Positions 1 through 9,811 are shown, counted from the first letter of the stretch. The stretch is 42,024 nt of DNA from Bacteroidales bacterium (GCA_049691735.1 JBAVOD010000343.1:1-42024), one strand, 5' to 3'. The notes: a model not told the origin generated them from the letters alone. A program made the numbers and translations.

Positions 1-280
1 TCCCTGAGCTGTCGAAAAGGGTGCCGTCGACACCAAATGTCGTGACCGTAACCCCGGCAACATCTTCAGCCCTGATATTGCTCAGCACCCTGCGTGATGC
101 TTTGCACATCTTGTCCCAGATCTCGCCTGTGTCCCATATCCTGTAAGTTGGGTAATCAGGATCGGGCCTGGTATTGTTTGAATAAGATTCGGAGGCGACG
201 ATCTCTCCCCTGGGGTTTATGGCTATCGCCCTGACATTGGTGGCTCCGCAGTCGAATACTATCACAATACTTTTTGACAT
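1..280 (-). CDS. fucK: L-fuculokinase (FGGY carbohydrate kinase), N-terminal part; the gene continues past the window edge
   Basis: Reverse-strand ATG at 278-280. My translation is MSKSIVIVFDCGATNVRAIAINPRGEIVASE...VTVTTFGVDGTLFDSSG. The DCGATNVRAIA and TTFGVDG motifs match my recollection of the E. coli FucK N-terminus, and the gene lies downstream of fucI. Confidence 0.8.
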   Translation of the reverse strand, partial: MSKSIVIVFDCGATNVRAIAINPRGEIVASESYSNNTRPDPDYPTYRIWDTGEIWDKMCKASRRVLSNIRAEDVAGVTVTTFGVDGTLFDSSG

Positions 281-301
281 CCTGAATGAATTAATGCGGC
301 A

Positions 302-748
302 TCACCCGCCTTTCAGAAATGACATGGTTGCACCGGCAGCGATCAGAGCAATGAAATAGACTAACAGGGCAACTATGATGAGTATCCCGATGTATGCAAA
401 ATACATTCTGAGGTTCCTGAATGCCCTTTCAAACTTCCGGGTATTTGTGTCCTGTATGGCATCCCGTATATTCCTTGAAAAACGAAAAAGGAAAAAGACA
501 GGAAAAAAATAGACGACAGCTGTAATTATGAATATGAGTATCATCAGTGTCTCCGGTATTCCGAGATTGACTTGCCTGGTTTTGAAGGCACTCAGAAAAG
601 TGCTGGTTACCAGGCCAATGCCAACCAGCAGTCCGAAGAAAATAAATCCCAGGACTGACAGGAACATTGCCCATTTCCAGGTGGCATTCAGATTTTTAAG
701 GGCGTCGGGACCGATTTCGATCTTTCTGGTTTCCTGGTTATTCTCCAT
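302..748 (-). CDS. Small integral membrane protein of unknown function, with 3-4 predicted TM helices
   Basis: 148-aa ORF with long hydrophobic stretches (WAMFLSVLGFIFFGLLVGIGLV, LMILIFIITAVVYFFPVFFLF, IGILIIVALLVYFIALIAAG). It sits between fucI and fucK on the same strand. Confidence 0.6.
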   Translation of the reverse strand: MENNQETRKIEIGPDALKNLNATWKWAMFLSVLGFIFFGLLVGIGLVTSTFLSAFKTRQVNLGIPETLMILIFIITAVVYFFPVFFLFRFSRNIRDAIQDTNTRKFERAFRNLRMYFAYIGILIIVALLVYFIALIAAGATMSFLKGG

Positions 749-844
749 AAGATTTATGTTAACCGATTCAGCTGGGCGACAAAGTAATAATCGGATGCGA
801 TCAAGATCTGCATACCATTATAAAGGTAATAATATTAACGCACT

Positions 845-2647
845 CTACCTATAAAGTGCACCATAAGTTGTACATGCCCTGTAGTCAGCGCTCTCCTTAT
901 TCATACCGAAGGCATTCCATGAGCTTGGCCTGAATATATATTCCTCCGGAACGTTGTGCATGCAAACCGGAATTCTCAGCATCGATGCCAGGGTGATCAG
1001 ATCAGCCCCTATATGTCCGTAGCTCGACGAGGAATGATTTGCACCCCAGTTTGCCATCACTGAATATACATCGGCAAAGGGCCCCGATCCTGTGAGGCGG
1101 GGTGTAAACCAGGTGGTGGGCCATCCCGGATCGGTTCTGTCGGTCAGTATCTTGTTCATGCTCTCAGGAAGATCAACTGTCCATCCTTCGGCCAGCTGCA
1201 AAACCGGTCCCAGTCCTTTTACCAGATTTACCCTTGAAATGGTCACCGGCATCACTGTTTCTGTAGTGAACTGCGAGGAAAAGCCACCTCCCCTGAAATA
1301 GCCCGAATTTGCGGGCGACCACATGGTTGCATTAAGGCATGCCTCTACATCTTCTGAAGATATTTCCCAGAATGGTTTAATGCATGCTTTCCCCTTTTTT
1401 GTCTGCCTGCCTGAAAAATCAAGAGCTGAAGCACCTGAATTTATGAGGTGTATAATTCCGTTAGCCGCCAAACCTTCGGGAGCGGTTCCTGTAACCCTCT
1501 TAATGGCAGCAGGACTCCAGTAAGTCCGGATGTCAGAGAACATTTGTGCAGTATTTGTAAGAAGGTAACCCAGCAGCATTGCTACCCCGTTCAATGCGTC
1601 GTTTTCGGTCGCCACCAGGTAAGGCGGTCTTATCCCGTTCCAGTCAAACGATGAACAAAGGATAGCTTCAAGAAAATCAGCGTTCGGCATATGGTCGGTC
1701 CATTGCCTCTGCCCCTGAAAGCCTGAGAGAATTGCATTATGACCAAGTGATTCCTCGCCGAACCCAAGCTTTTTGAGTTCGTCATTCCCAACCATAAGAT
1801 CCCGGGCAATGAGGGCCATTTTGACAACTATCTCCCATTCCATGTTTTTCCTTGCCCGTGATGAGGGCTTCTTGTTCAGATCTGTTCCCTCCCGGCAGTA
1901 TTTTTTTGTCCATGCGAGAGCTTTAACATATTCCTCTTTGTCAAATATTTCCTCATCCAGCCTCCTGGTGAACTCGCTCATATCCACATATTCGTTCCTC
2001 ATGCCGAGATATTCCTGGAAGAAATCCTCCCTTACTATTGATCCGGCAATCCCCATCGAGACAGATCCCATCGACAGATATGACTTACCTTTCATAATTG
2101 AGGCGGCCAGTCCGGCACGAACAAACCGGAGAATTTTCTCACTCACATCACCCGGGATCTCGTGTTCACCGGCATCCTGGACGTCATGCCCGTAAATGCT
2201 GAATGCCGGGAGCCCTTTCATGGTGTGGCCCGCAAGGGCAGCAGCCAGATAAACGGCACCTGGCCTTTCGGTTCCGTTAAAGCCCCATATTGCTTTTGGC
2301 AACTGTAGGTCCATATCGATTGTTTCACTTCCGTAGCACCAGCATGGGGTAACGGTAAGGCTTACGCCCACGCCGTTCTTTCTGAATTTCTCAGCGCAGG
2401 AAGCTGCTTCTGCAACCCCACCGATGCATGTGTCTGATATAATGCATTCGACAGGGCTGCCGTCAGGATATTTCAGGCTCCCCGATATCAGCCCGGCAGC
2501 CGATAATGCCATGCCCATGGTTTGATTCTCAAGAGATTCCCTGACACCCCTTTCCCTGCCGTCGATTACCGGCCTGATGCCAACTTTCGGAAATTCGCCA
2601 ATGACCGTCCTGTAATTACGGTTCATTTTCAGTTCATTTTGAGCCAT
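845..2647 (-). CDS. fucI: L-fucose isomerase
   Basis: Near full-length similarity to E. coli FucI as I recall it ([86 protein letters not shown]). I chose the start at MAQNELK (ATG 2645-2647) rather than the ORF-track start at 2713. Confidence 0.95.
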   Translation of the reverse strand: MAQNELKMNRNYRTVIGEFPKVGIRPVIDGRERGVRESLENQTMGMALSAAGLISGSLKYPDGSPVECIISDTCIGGVAEAASCAEKFRKNGVGVSLTVTPCWCYGSETIDMDLQLPKAIWGFNGTERPGAVYLAAALAGHTMKGLPAFSIYGHDVQDAGEHEIPGDVSEKILRFVRAGLAASIMKGKSYLSMGSVSMGIAGSIVREDFFQEYLGMRNEYVDMSEFTRRLDEEIFDKEEYVKALAWTKKYCREGTDLNKKPSSRARKNMEWEIVVKMALIARDLMVGNDELKKLGFGEESLGHNAILSGFQGQRQWTDHMPNADFLEAILCSSFDWNGIRPPYLVATENDALNGVAMLLGYLLTNTAQMFSDIRTYWSPAAIKRVTGTAPEGLAANGIIHLINSGASALDFSGRQTKKGKACIKPFWEISSEDVEACLNATMWSPANSGYFRGGGFSSQFTTETVMPVTISRVNLVKGLGPVLQLAEGWTVDLPESMNKILTDRTDPGWPTTWFTPRLTGSGPFADVYSVMANWGANHSSSSYGHIGADLITLASMLRIPVCMHNVPEEYIFRPSSWNAFGMNKESADYRACTTYGALYR

Positions 2648-2688
2648 ATCTGAGTATTTTGAGTTTTGGATTAAGTATTGTCGGTGGG

Positions 2689-2696
2689 CAAATATA
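2689..2696 (-). promoter_or_regulatory. Candidate Bacteroidota -7 promoter box (TATATTTG) for fucI
   Basis: On the minus strand it reads TATATTTG, an exact match to the Bacteroides TAnnTTTG consensus, 42 nt upstream of the fucI ATG. I saw no clean -33 TTTG. Confidence 0.35.
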
Positions 2697-2795
2697 AACC
2701 TTTTTAAACTCAATCCTGTATGATTTATCTCAGAGTTCCCGGCTGGTGGGCTACCGGTGAATTATTTTGTACCTTTGACAATTCAAAATCCATAG

Positions 2796-3650
2796 ATGCA
2801 GAGGGAGAGAAGGTTACCGGAATGGCTGAAAATGCAGCGGGCGAACGGGGAAAATTATTCCAGGGTAAAACACCTTATCGAAAAAAACAATCTTCACACA
2901 ATTTGTACATCAGGCAACTGCCCTAATATCGGCGAATGCTGGAATGCCGGAACAGCAACATTCATGATCCTCGGCGATATTTGCACCCGTGCATGTAAGT
3001 TCTGTGCAACCCTGACAGGCAAACCGTTTCCTCCCGATCCCGCCGAACCGGAATCACTTGCTGAAGCGGTACGGGCTCTTGGACTGAAGCACTGTGTTGT
3101 GACCTCTGTCGACCGTGATGATCTTCCGGATAAGGGTTCAGGTTTCTGGGCACAGGCGATCAGGACCATAAAAGATCTCAACCCGGGGATAACCATCGAA
3201 TCGCTGATACCTGATTTTGACGGAAATACATTATTTATCGACAATGTAATTGATGCGGGTCCCGATGTGATTTCCCACAATATGGAAACCGTCAGACGCC
3301 TGACTCCGGTGATCAGGTCGCGGGCACGATATGAAACCAGCCTGGGCGTGCTCCGGCACATCGCTTCTAAAGGCAAAACCGCAAAATCGGGGTTTATGCT
3401 GGGACTCGGAGAAACAGAGACTGAGGTGGAAGAAACGATACACGATCTTCGTGATGCCGGCTGCAGAGTGCTTACCATCGGTCAGTATCTCCGGCCGACA
3501 ATGAAACATATGGAAGTTGTGAGTTATGTCCGGCCTGAAAAGTTCGCCATATATGAAAAACTGGCGCTCGATGAAGGTTTCACATTTGTTGAATCCAATC
3601 CTCTGGTGAGGTCATCATTTAGAGCTGAAAAACACGTCGCAACCGGATAA
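2796..3650 (+). CDS. lipA: Lipoyl synthase (radical SAM)
   Basis: PEWLK start motif, CPNIGECW, and the radical-SAM cysteine triad in CTRACKFCA. The length of 284 aa is typical. Confidence 0.95.
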   Translation: MQRERRLPEWLKMQRANGENYSRVKHLIEKNNLHTICTSGNCPNIGECWNAGTATFMILGDICTRACKFCATLTGKPFPPDPAEPESLAEAVRALGLKHCVVTSVDRDDLPDKGSGFWAQAIRTIKDLNPGITIESLIPDFDGNTLFIDNVIDAGPDVISHNMETVRRLTPVIRSRARYETSLGVLRHIASKGKTAKSGFMLGLGETETEVEETIHDLRDAGCRVLTIGQYLRPTMKHMEVVSYVRPEKFAIYEKLALDEGFTFVESNPLVRSSFRAEKHVATG

Positions 3651-3689
3651 AATAGTTATATTGCCACAATATAATGCTGGAAAAGGCAG

Positions 3690-4397
3690 TTGAGTTATAG
3701 AGTTGTATATCAGGATTTAGGTAATAAAGGGTACAAAGAGACCTGGGACTTGCAGGAGCAAATTTTCAGGAATCTTGTAGAGAGCAAATTTCACTTTAAA
3801 GAAGGTTTGGTACAGGGAAGCCGGCCCGAACCCGGAACATTGATTTTCGTAGAACACAACCACGTGTATACTCTTGGCAAGAGCGGTTCGGAAAGTAACC
3901 TGCTTGTTGATAATGCCCGCCTGAAGGAAAGCAATGCGGAGTTTTACAGGACCGACAGGGGGGGAGATATAACGTATCACGGTCCGGGTCAGATCGTAGG
4001 ATATCCGATATTCGACCTTGAACAAATCGGGATCAGCCTTAAAGAGTACATTTACAGGCTTGAAGAGGTGATCATAGTAACCATTGGAGACCTGGGGCTG
4101 AAAGGGTCGAGGTCAGCGGGTGCAACCGGGGTCTGGCTCGATCCGGATACCGAAGGAAAGGCAAGGAAGATCTGTGCCATCGGTGTTAAAGCCAGCAGGT
4201 TCGTGACAATGCATGGATTTGCTTTTAATGTGAATACCGACCTGCGGTATTTTAATAGTATAAATCCCTGCGGATTGACTGGCCGGGGGGTTACCTCGCT
4301 TGCGAAGGAGCTTGGAGGATTACAGGATTTTGAAAAAGTTAAGCTCCTTGTAAGGAAGAATATTCAACAGATTTTTGATTTGAACTGGGTTAATTAA
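3690..4397 (+). CDS. lipB: Octanoyl/lipoyl transferase
   Basis: RGGDITYHGPGQ motif, CAIGVK (catalytic Lys region) and NPCG. It starts with TTG and lies immediately downstream of lipA. Confidence 0.9.
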   Translation: MSYRVVYQDLGNKGYKETWDLQEQIFRNLVESKFHFKEGLVQGSRPEPGTLIFVEHNHVYTLGKSGSESNLLVDNARLKESNAEFYRTDRGGDITYHGPGQIVGYPIFDLEQIGISLKEYIYRLEEVIIVTIGDLGLKGSRSAGATGVWLDPDTEGKARKICAIGVKASRFVTMHGFAFNVNTDLRYFNSINPCGLTGRGVTSLAKELGGLQDFEKVKLLVRKNIQQIFDLNWVN

Positions 4398-4403
4398 GGC
4401 CGA

Positions 4404-6146
4404 ATGGAAAAAAGATGGGTAATCAGAGAGAAGGGCGACACCGGTGTAGTGAGGCAGCTGTCGAAAGAGCTTAATATATCGGATGCCCTGTCGAACCTGA
4501 TGGTGCAGAGAGACATCACCACGCCTGATGAAGCGATGGCATTCTTTGAGCCTGATCTGGGTTATCTTCATGATCCTTTCCTTATGAAGGACATGAACAT
4601 AGCTGTCGAAAGGATATCAACGGCTATTAAGAAGAACGAGAAGATACTTGTCTATGGCGATTATGACGTTGACGGTACCACAGCTGTTGCAATGATGTAT
4701 TCATTCCTCAAGGAACAGTTCTCGAATGTTGAATATTATATACCCGACAGGTACAGTGAAGGTTATGGCGTATCATTCCAGGGTATTGATTTTGCCTATC
4801 AGAACAACTGTAAGGTTATGATCACTCTCGACTGCGGGATCAAGGCGGTTGAAAAAGTAAAATACGCCCGCAGCAGGGGTTTGGATGTTATAATCTGCGA
4901 TCATCACTACCCCGGGAATGAAATACCAAAGGCAGTTGCAGTGCTTGACCCCAAGCAACCGCATTGTTCATATCCGTACAAGGAGCTTTCGGGATGCGGC
5001 GTCGGGTTTAAGCTGGTCCATGCCTTTTCAAGGGTCCATGGAATTCCCTTCAGTAAGATATCCGGTTACCTCGACCTGGTTGCCGTGAGTATTGCATCTG
5101 ATATTGTGCCGCTTACGGGTGAGAACAGAGTGTTGGCGTACTTTGGTCTCAAACAGCTTAATGAATCGCCCAGGATGGGACTGAAAGAGATTATCCGCGA
5201 AGCTGAAGTCTGCCGTACTCTGACAATCGAGGATGTCGTTTTCAAGATCGGCCCGCGTATCAATGCAGCCGGCAGGATGGAATCGGGCGGCAAAGCTGTC
5301 GAGCTGCTGATTTCGAACGACAACAGGCTTGCTACTGGAATCAGCAAGGAAATCAACAGTTTCAATATCGAACGGCGGAGTGTCGACCGGATCATAACAA
5401 CCGAGGCAATGAGGATGATCTCGGAAGACGAGAGAACTGTAAATGCCAGGACCACAGTGCTCTATAATCCTTCATGGAAGAAGGGAGTCATCGGAATTGT
5501 TGCCTCAAGGCTCATCGAGACATACTACCGGCCCACCATCATACTCACTGAATCGAACGGATTTGCCACCGGCTCTGCACGGTCAGTCCAGGGTTATGAC
5601 CTTTACCAGGCAATCGAAGCATGCAGCGACCTGCTCGAAAGTTTCGGGGGACACATGTTCGCAGCAGGGCTGACCCTCAGGAAGGAGAATATAAAACCTT
5701 TCATGGAGAGGTTTGAGCAGTATGTCAATGAGACCATTACTGAAGAACAGCTGGTACCCAGGGTCTTTATCGATTCAGAGTTGCCGTTCTCGGAAATTAA
5801 TGAGTCATTTTTCAACTTCCTTAACAAGTTCCAGCCATTCGGGCCCGATAACATGCCGCCGGTCTTTGTGTCAAGGAATGTTCATGATTCGGGCACGGGA
5901 AGGATGGTGGGATCGAGCGGCGAACATCTCAAGCTTGACCTCTGCCAGGAAATGACATGTTCAAGGACATTCCCTGCCATTGCATTTAACCAGGCCGATC
6001 ATTTTGAGTACATAAAAGGCCGGAATCCCATTGATATCTGTTATTCGGTTGAAATGAACGAATTCAGGGGAAACAGGAACCTGCAGCTGAATATCAAGGA
6101 TATCAAGATCGCTGAGTCGTGCGATCACAATGTCTCAAAACCATAG
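4404..6146 (+). CDS. recJ: Single-stranded-DNA-specific exonuclease RecJ
   Basis: DHH-family motifs GDYDVDGTT, DCG and ICDHHYP, plus the DHHA1-like GGHMFAAG. The length is 580 aa. Confidence 0.93.
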   Translation: MEKRWVIREKGDTGVVRQLSKELNISDALSNLMVQRDITTPDEAMAFFEPDLGYLHDPFLMKDMNIAVERISTAIKKNEKILVYGDYDVDGTTAVAMMYSFLKEQFSNVEYYIPDRYSEGYGVSFQGIDFAYQNNCKVMITLDCGIKAVEKVKYARSRGLDVIICDHHYPGNEIPKAVAVLDPKQPHCSYPYKELSGCGVGFKLVHAFSRVHGIPFSKISGYLDLVAVSIASDIVPLTGENRVLAYFGLKQLNESPRMGLKEIIREAEVCRTLTIEDVVFKIGPRINAAGRMESGGKAVELLISNDNRLATGISKEINSFNIERRSVDRIITTEAMRMISEDERTVNARTTVLYNPSWKKGVIGIVASRLIETYYRPTIILTESNGFATGSARSVQGYDLYQAIEACSDLLESFGGHMFAAGLTLRKENIKPFMERFEQYVNETITEEQLVPRVFIDSELPFSEINESFFNFLNKFQPFGPDNMPPVFVSRNVHDSGTGRMVGSSGEHLKLDLCQEMTCSRTFPAIAFNQADHFEYIKGRNPIDICYSVEMNEFRGNRNLQLNIKDIKIAESCDHNVSKP

Positions 6147-8102
6147 CCTTACCTGCAATCTGAAATCCTGGACATTTTTTGACGATTCCGCCGACTGTAC
6201 CGATTCTGTATCCGAATATTTTAATCGCAGATCAAACCGTTTTGCTTTCCACGACAGCATAAGGCAGCTTCGGCTGCCTTCACCTGATAACGCGGGTACA
6301 CTGAAGCTGTAAAGAAGGTCATTTTCGTACGCATAGATCCTTGAATCCCAGTCACCGGTAAGGAACAGACAATGTCTGGCCCACAATGTGAGGGGAATAC
6401 CGCCAAACCTGAAGCTTATATCCTGTAAAAACAGGACTCCTGTGCTCCCGGAAGGGTCAACGTGTTTATAATCAAGTCGTGTCCTGAGCGTAAGTCTGTC
6501 AGAGGCCTTATATTGGACCATCAATTTAAATGAACGGGTAACAATTTCTTCCTGCTTTCTTATCCCAACTGATTCCGGATCATTCAAAACAGCAGACCGG
6601 TAATTGTAAGCAGCCTCGGCTGCCAGTTTTCCTGGAGGAATGTACTTAATTTTCGTCTCCATGCTCCTGGCGATCGAAGGCGCACTGCACCGGTATTTCA
6701 TCCACGGATAATGCCTCAGGTCACATCCTGCCGAAAGGAAGGTGTATTTTGCAGCTTCAAGGCTGAAATTGGCAAATACTCCCGTCACGTTATCTCCGGA
6801 TGAACTGCTGAAAGGGCCTTTCCCATGAAAGCTAATGAATCCCGGATCATATTTTCTCAGAAGGAGGTTGATGCCCAGCCTGTCCGACGGTCTGAATGCA
6901 AGTCCCTGGACAATTGCCAGCTTTCCCGGGGCTGAAAATGATGCTTCGCCATAAAACACCCCCCTTCCCGCAATCGCTTTGTAGTATGCTGAGGCCACAT
7001 AATTCCTGTCTCCGGTGAATTCACGAAGGTCTTCAGGTTTATCGGAAGAATTAAGGACAGGAATGGAAAACCTGTTTCCTGTCAGGGCTACTCCGGCCCT
7101 GAAGTTCTTAAAATCATGCGAAACGTGAATGCCGATGCTGTATTCAACCACTGCATCTTTTTTACCTAATGATGATGAATCGGAATGAAGTCCTGAAATG
7201 TAGAAAGATTCAATGTATCTGCGGGAAGAATCCTCCTGTAAAGAGGTTGATGCATCTATCCTGTGTACCGAGCCGAATGCCGACACCGATGTTTTACCAA
7301 GCTGGATCAATGCGGCTGCGCCCCTGAAGTATCTGTTCTCCTCCGTTGAGGTGTAGGGTCTGATCTCATCCCCGCCCGACATGTACCCAGGTGCAGTAAG
7401 CGACAATCCTGTTCTTACGCCCGAGCTGACATTGGTACCCAGACCGTACCGCGCACTGAAATCCCCGAGTACCACTTTTTTCAAAATCATGTTTCCGGTG
7501 AATGAAATGTATCCTGAAAGAAAATCGGGAAGGGGTGGCTTTCCCTCAAAAAGCTTTTCGCCGCTGTCTTTTTCAGAGGTGAATCCGCATGATATTTTCC
7601 GATAACCGGCCTTATACCGGATCAGCATTTTCAGTGGAGAACCGGCTGATGAATCTGTCGATGCCGGCTGCTTTAATGCGAAATTTGAAAGCAGGGTCTG
7701 GTTGAACCGGGCCGAATCGGATGGTGCTCGCTCCCTGTCGTCGATGGTTATGAAAAGACTGAGCCTTTCTGCAAGTTGCCTGTCGAATCCCGGAATGTTG
7801 GCGATTTCAAAAATTGAGTAAACCCGGCCTGATGAGTGAACATAATCAGCAAGTGATTTTACCTGGAAATCGGTGAGGAAGAAGAGGCGCGAAAGTTCGG
7901 CTTCGTCTGAGGAATTGACTCTTACGGGCTTTTCGGTAAGCTCGTAGAGTCTCTCGGTATAGGCTGCCACTGCCTCCTGATCCGATTCGTCATCTGCCAG
8001 TTCCTCTGCAACAGCTTCGATGACTTCCGATACTTCCACTTCCTGAGCCAGCAATGGAACTGATGCAAAAACCAGAATTAATATCTGAATTAATCTACTC
8101 AT
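6135..8102 (-). CDS. Secreted protein with a ComEA-like helix-hairpin-helix segment and a large predicted outer-membrane beta-barrel; function unknown
   Basis: Signal peptide MSRLIQILILVFASVPLLAQ, then an acidic linker and an HhH-like stretch (LSRLFFLTDFQVKSLADYVHSSGRVYSIFEIANIPGFDRQLAERL). About 500 aa of alternating beta-strand-like sequence follow, ending in the aromatic ...RLQVRLWF. Confidence 0.6.
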   Translation of the reverse strand: MSRLIQILILVFASVPLLAQEVEVSEVIEAVAEELADDESDQEAVAAYTERLYELTEKPVRVNSSDEAELSRLFFLTDFQVKSLADYVHSSGRVYSIFEIANIPGFDRQLAERLSLFITIDDRERAPSDSARFNQTLLSNFALKQPASTDSSAGSPLKMLIRYKAGYRKISCGFTSEKDSGEKLFEGKPPLPDFLSGYISFTGNMILKKVVLGDFSARYGLGTNVSSGVRTGLSLTAPGYMSGGDEIRPYTSTEENRYFRGAAALIQLGKTSVSAFGSVHRIDASTSLQEDSSRRYIESFYISGLHSDSSSLGKKDAVVEYSIGIHVSHDFKNFRAGVALTGNRFSIPVLNSSDKPEDLREFTGDRNYVASAYYKAIAGRGVFYGEASFSAPGKLAIVQGLAFRPSDRLGINLLLRKYDPGFISFHGKGPFSSSSGDNVTGVFANFSLEAAKYTFLSAGCDLRHYPWMKYRCSAPSIARSMETKIKYIPPGKLAAEAAYNYRSAVLNDPESVGIRKQEEIVTRSFKLMVQYKASDRLTLRTRLDYKHVDPSGSTGVLFLQDISFRFGGIPLTLWARHCLFLTGDWDSRIYAYENDLLYSFSVPALSGEGSRSCLMLSWKAKRFDLRLKYSDTESVQSAESSKNVQDFRLQVRLWF

Positions 8103-8113
8103 CTTATGCAGAT

Positions 8114-8255
8114 AAAGCCTCTTGCCAGCACTTTTTTGCCGCCCTCTCGGGGGGGCTTTAAGGGGGTCGATTAAAGCTCTTGCCAGCCCGCAAAGCCTCT
8201 TGCCGGCACTAATATACCCCCCTCCCAGAGGGGCTTGGGGGGTAGTTAAATGCTT
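8114..8255. repeat. Intergenic GC-hairpin/G-tract repeat locus 1, with two units and three short direct repeats
   Basis: AAAGC(C)TCTTGCC(A/G)GC occurs at 8114-8129, 8173-8187 and 8192-8207. The cores are gccctctcgggggggctttaaggggg (8141-8166) and ccccCCTCCCAGAGGGGCTTGGGGGGTAGTTAAATGCTT (8217-8255). The GTTAAATGCTT tail is identical to 27364-27374. Confidence 0.8.
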
Positions 8256-9079
8256 TTCCGAGTGCCTATCTTAAAGATCACCGACGCCACCGAAGTAATC
8301 CCCAGCCTTTCGTGGCTTGCTGCGGCAAAGTCAACAATAATCGATTTTACCCTGTATCCGACACCGAAGCTGAACGATGTACTTTCAGTGCAGAAACCGC
8401 CCCTGACCTGAAGGTTTTCTCCGATCCTGTATTCCATTCCGGTCCTTAAATCCGGCCGCCTGCCCGTACTCATTGTCACTTCAGCTGTAACAAAGAGTGA
8501 TTTGCTGAGTCCGGCTCCGACGCCCGCCCTGATTGAAGACGGGAGCCTTGTCTTCCTGATTGATCCGGGAAGAGGGTTAAACAGGTGGATCCCGAATCTG
8601 ACTTTTTCTGACGAAGATATCAGCACTCCAGCCTCGAACGTGAGCAACTGTTTTGCGCCATATTCACCCCACGTCTTTTCCGAAAGGTAATCTATCTGGA
8701 TTCCTCCGGCGATCTTTGCTGTAATCGGCATTCCGCAGGCGACACCTGCTGATAACCGCCTGAAATCGCGGTACCCCGAATGGCTGAAGATCCCTCCCAC
8801 AGCGGCTCTCCCGGATGGCATGATGATAGCTGCCGATCTTGTTCCCAGCTCGCTGATGCCAAACCTGTTAATATAGCTGATGCCGGCAGCTGAGTACCGG
8901 ACTTCTCCAAGGATCGCCTGATTATGGAATGCTGCCCAGAAACCTGATCCTGCCACGCATGAATAGCCCATCCCGGCTTCGGCTGCCCCTGCGGGTAAGA
9001 AATAAGGATCACCACCCGAGGCAGTCAATGAAAGGAAAACAAGTAAAAGCGAAACAGATATTTTACGCAGCGAGCACAA
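8246..9079 (-). CDS. Predicted outer-membrane beta-barrel protein, PorV/PorQ-like (tentative)
   Basis: TTG start, the only in-frame start after an upstream stop. Signal peptide RKISVSLLLVFLSLTASG. The N-terminal pattern FLPAGAAEAGMGYSCVA...HNQAIL resembles the PorV/PorQ/FadL-like family, followed by alternating strand pattern. The family assignment is from memory only. Confidence 0.45.
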   Translation of the reverse strand: MCSLRKISVSLLLVFLSLTASGGDPYFLPAGAAEAGMGYSCVAGSGFWAAFHNQAILGEVRYSAAGISYINRFGISELGTRSAAIIMPSGRAAVGGIFSHSGYRDFRRLSAGVACGMPITAKIAGGIQIDYLSEKTWGEYGAKQLLTFEAGVLISSSEKVRFGIHLFNPLPGSIRKTRLPSSIRAGVGAGLSKSLFVTAEVTMSTGRRPDLRTGMEYRIGENLQVRGGFCTESTSFSFGVGYRVKSIIVDFAAASHERLGITSVASVIFKIGTRKSI

Positions 9080-9182
9080 ACTGTTTCATTTATTCCGTAT
9101 GCAATATAAACAAAAGATTTTGATTCCTTACCCGCAAACGGAAAATATTTTTGGGGTGCCGAAATGGGAATCAGTTTCTTAG

Positions 9183-9206
9183 CCCCCCTTCAGGGGGGTT
9201 GGGGGG
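9183..9206. repeat. Intergenic GC-hairpin/G-tract repeat locus 2, single unit
   Basis: CCCCCCTTCAGGGGGGTTGGGGGG lies 7 nt beyond the purE stop. The upstream flank cagtttctt resembles the flank at 27453-27460. Confidence 0.75.
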
Positions 9207-9212
9207 CTGCAA

Positions 9213-9719
9213 TCAGTCCGTCTTATACGGGTACTTCACCTTCTTCAGCTCCTCATTTGCCTCCACGATCTTTTCCTTCAGCTTTTCCTTGTAGTCCGAA
9301 ACTGCTTTCATTACCTTTTCATCGCCCGTCCCGATGATCTGAGCCGCGAGGATCGCGGCATTCTGTGCTGCATTGATCCCTACGGTGGCAACCGGGACCC
9401 CCGGGGGCATCTGGAGGATCGACAGGATTGAATCAAGTCCTTCAAGCGATGCTTTTATCGGTACCCCTATCACAGGAAGGGGAGTTAATGCTGCTATCAC
9501 ACCCGGAAGATGAGCTGCCATACCTGCGGCTGCAATAATCACCTTTATCCCCCTTGGCGCCGCATTCCTTGCAAATTTTCCGACTTCCTCCGGGGTTCTG
9601 TGAGCCGAAAGGGCATTCATCTCAAAAGGTATCCTGAACTCATTGAGTATCTGAGCAGCTTTTTCCATGACTGGCAGGTCGGTAGTACTGCCCATAATAA
9701 TGCTAACAAGTGCTTCCAT
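9213..9719 (-). CDS. purE: 5-(carboxyamino)imidazole ribonucleotide mutase
   Basis: IIMGSTTDLPVM, SAHRTPE, AAAGMAAHLPGV and VIGVPI are classic PurE motifs. The length is 168 aa. Confidence 0.93.
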   Translation of the reverse strand: MEALVSIIMGSTTDLPVMEKAAQILNEFRIPFEMNALSAHRTPEEVGKFARNAAPRGIKVIIAAAGMAAHLPGVIAALTPLPVIGVPIKASLEGLDSILSILQMPPGVPVATVGINAAQNAAILAAQIIGTGDEKVMKAVSDYKEKLKEKIVEANEELKKVKYPYKTD

Positions 9720-9811
9720 CCGGGTAAATTTAATTTAGCCAGCCGGCATAAACAAAAGTAAGCTATTATTTTCATATTTTCGCACAGCATTGTATTTCAA
9801 CAATCAGCACA

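Noticed and set aside
2648-2713. The 22-codon N-terminal extension of fucI given by the ORF track (start at 2713).
   Set aside because: The E. coli FucI alignment begins near [11 protein letters not shown], so MAQNELK at 2647 gives a normal N-terminus. The extension would also run through the candidate -7 box at 2689-2696.
2894-3478. Long antisense ORFs inside confident genes: 2894-3478 (lipA), 14170-14646, 15867-16523 (MutS-like), 18476-19060 (parE), 20178-20636 (parC), 25440-25964 (STAND) and 28255-28968 (gpmI).
   Set aside because: Each lies entirely opposite a gene with strong family motifs. Their translations are low-complexity (Ser/Arg/Leu/Pro-rich) with no recognisable motifs. They are typical shadow ORFs.
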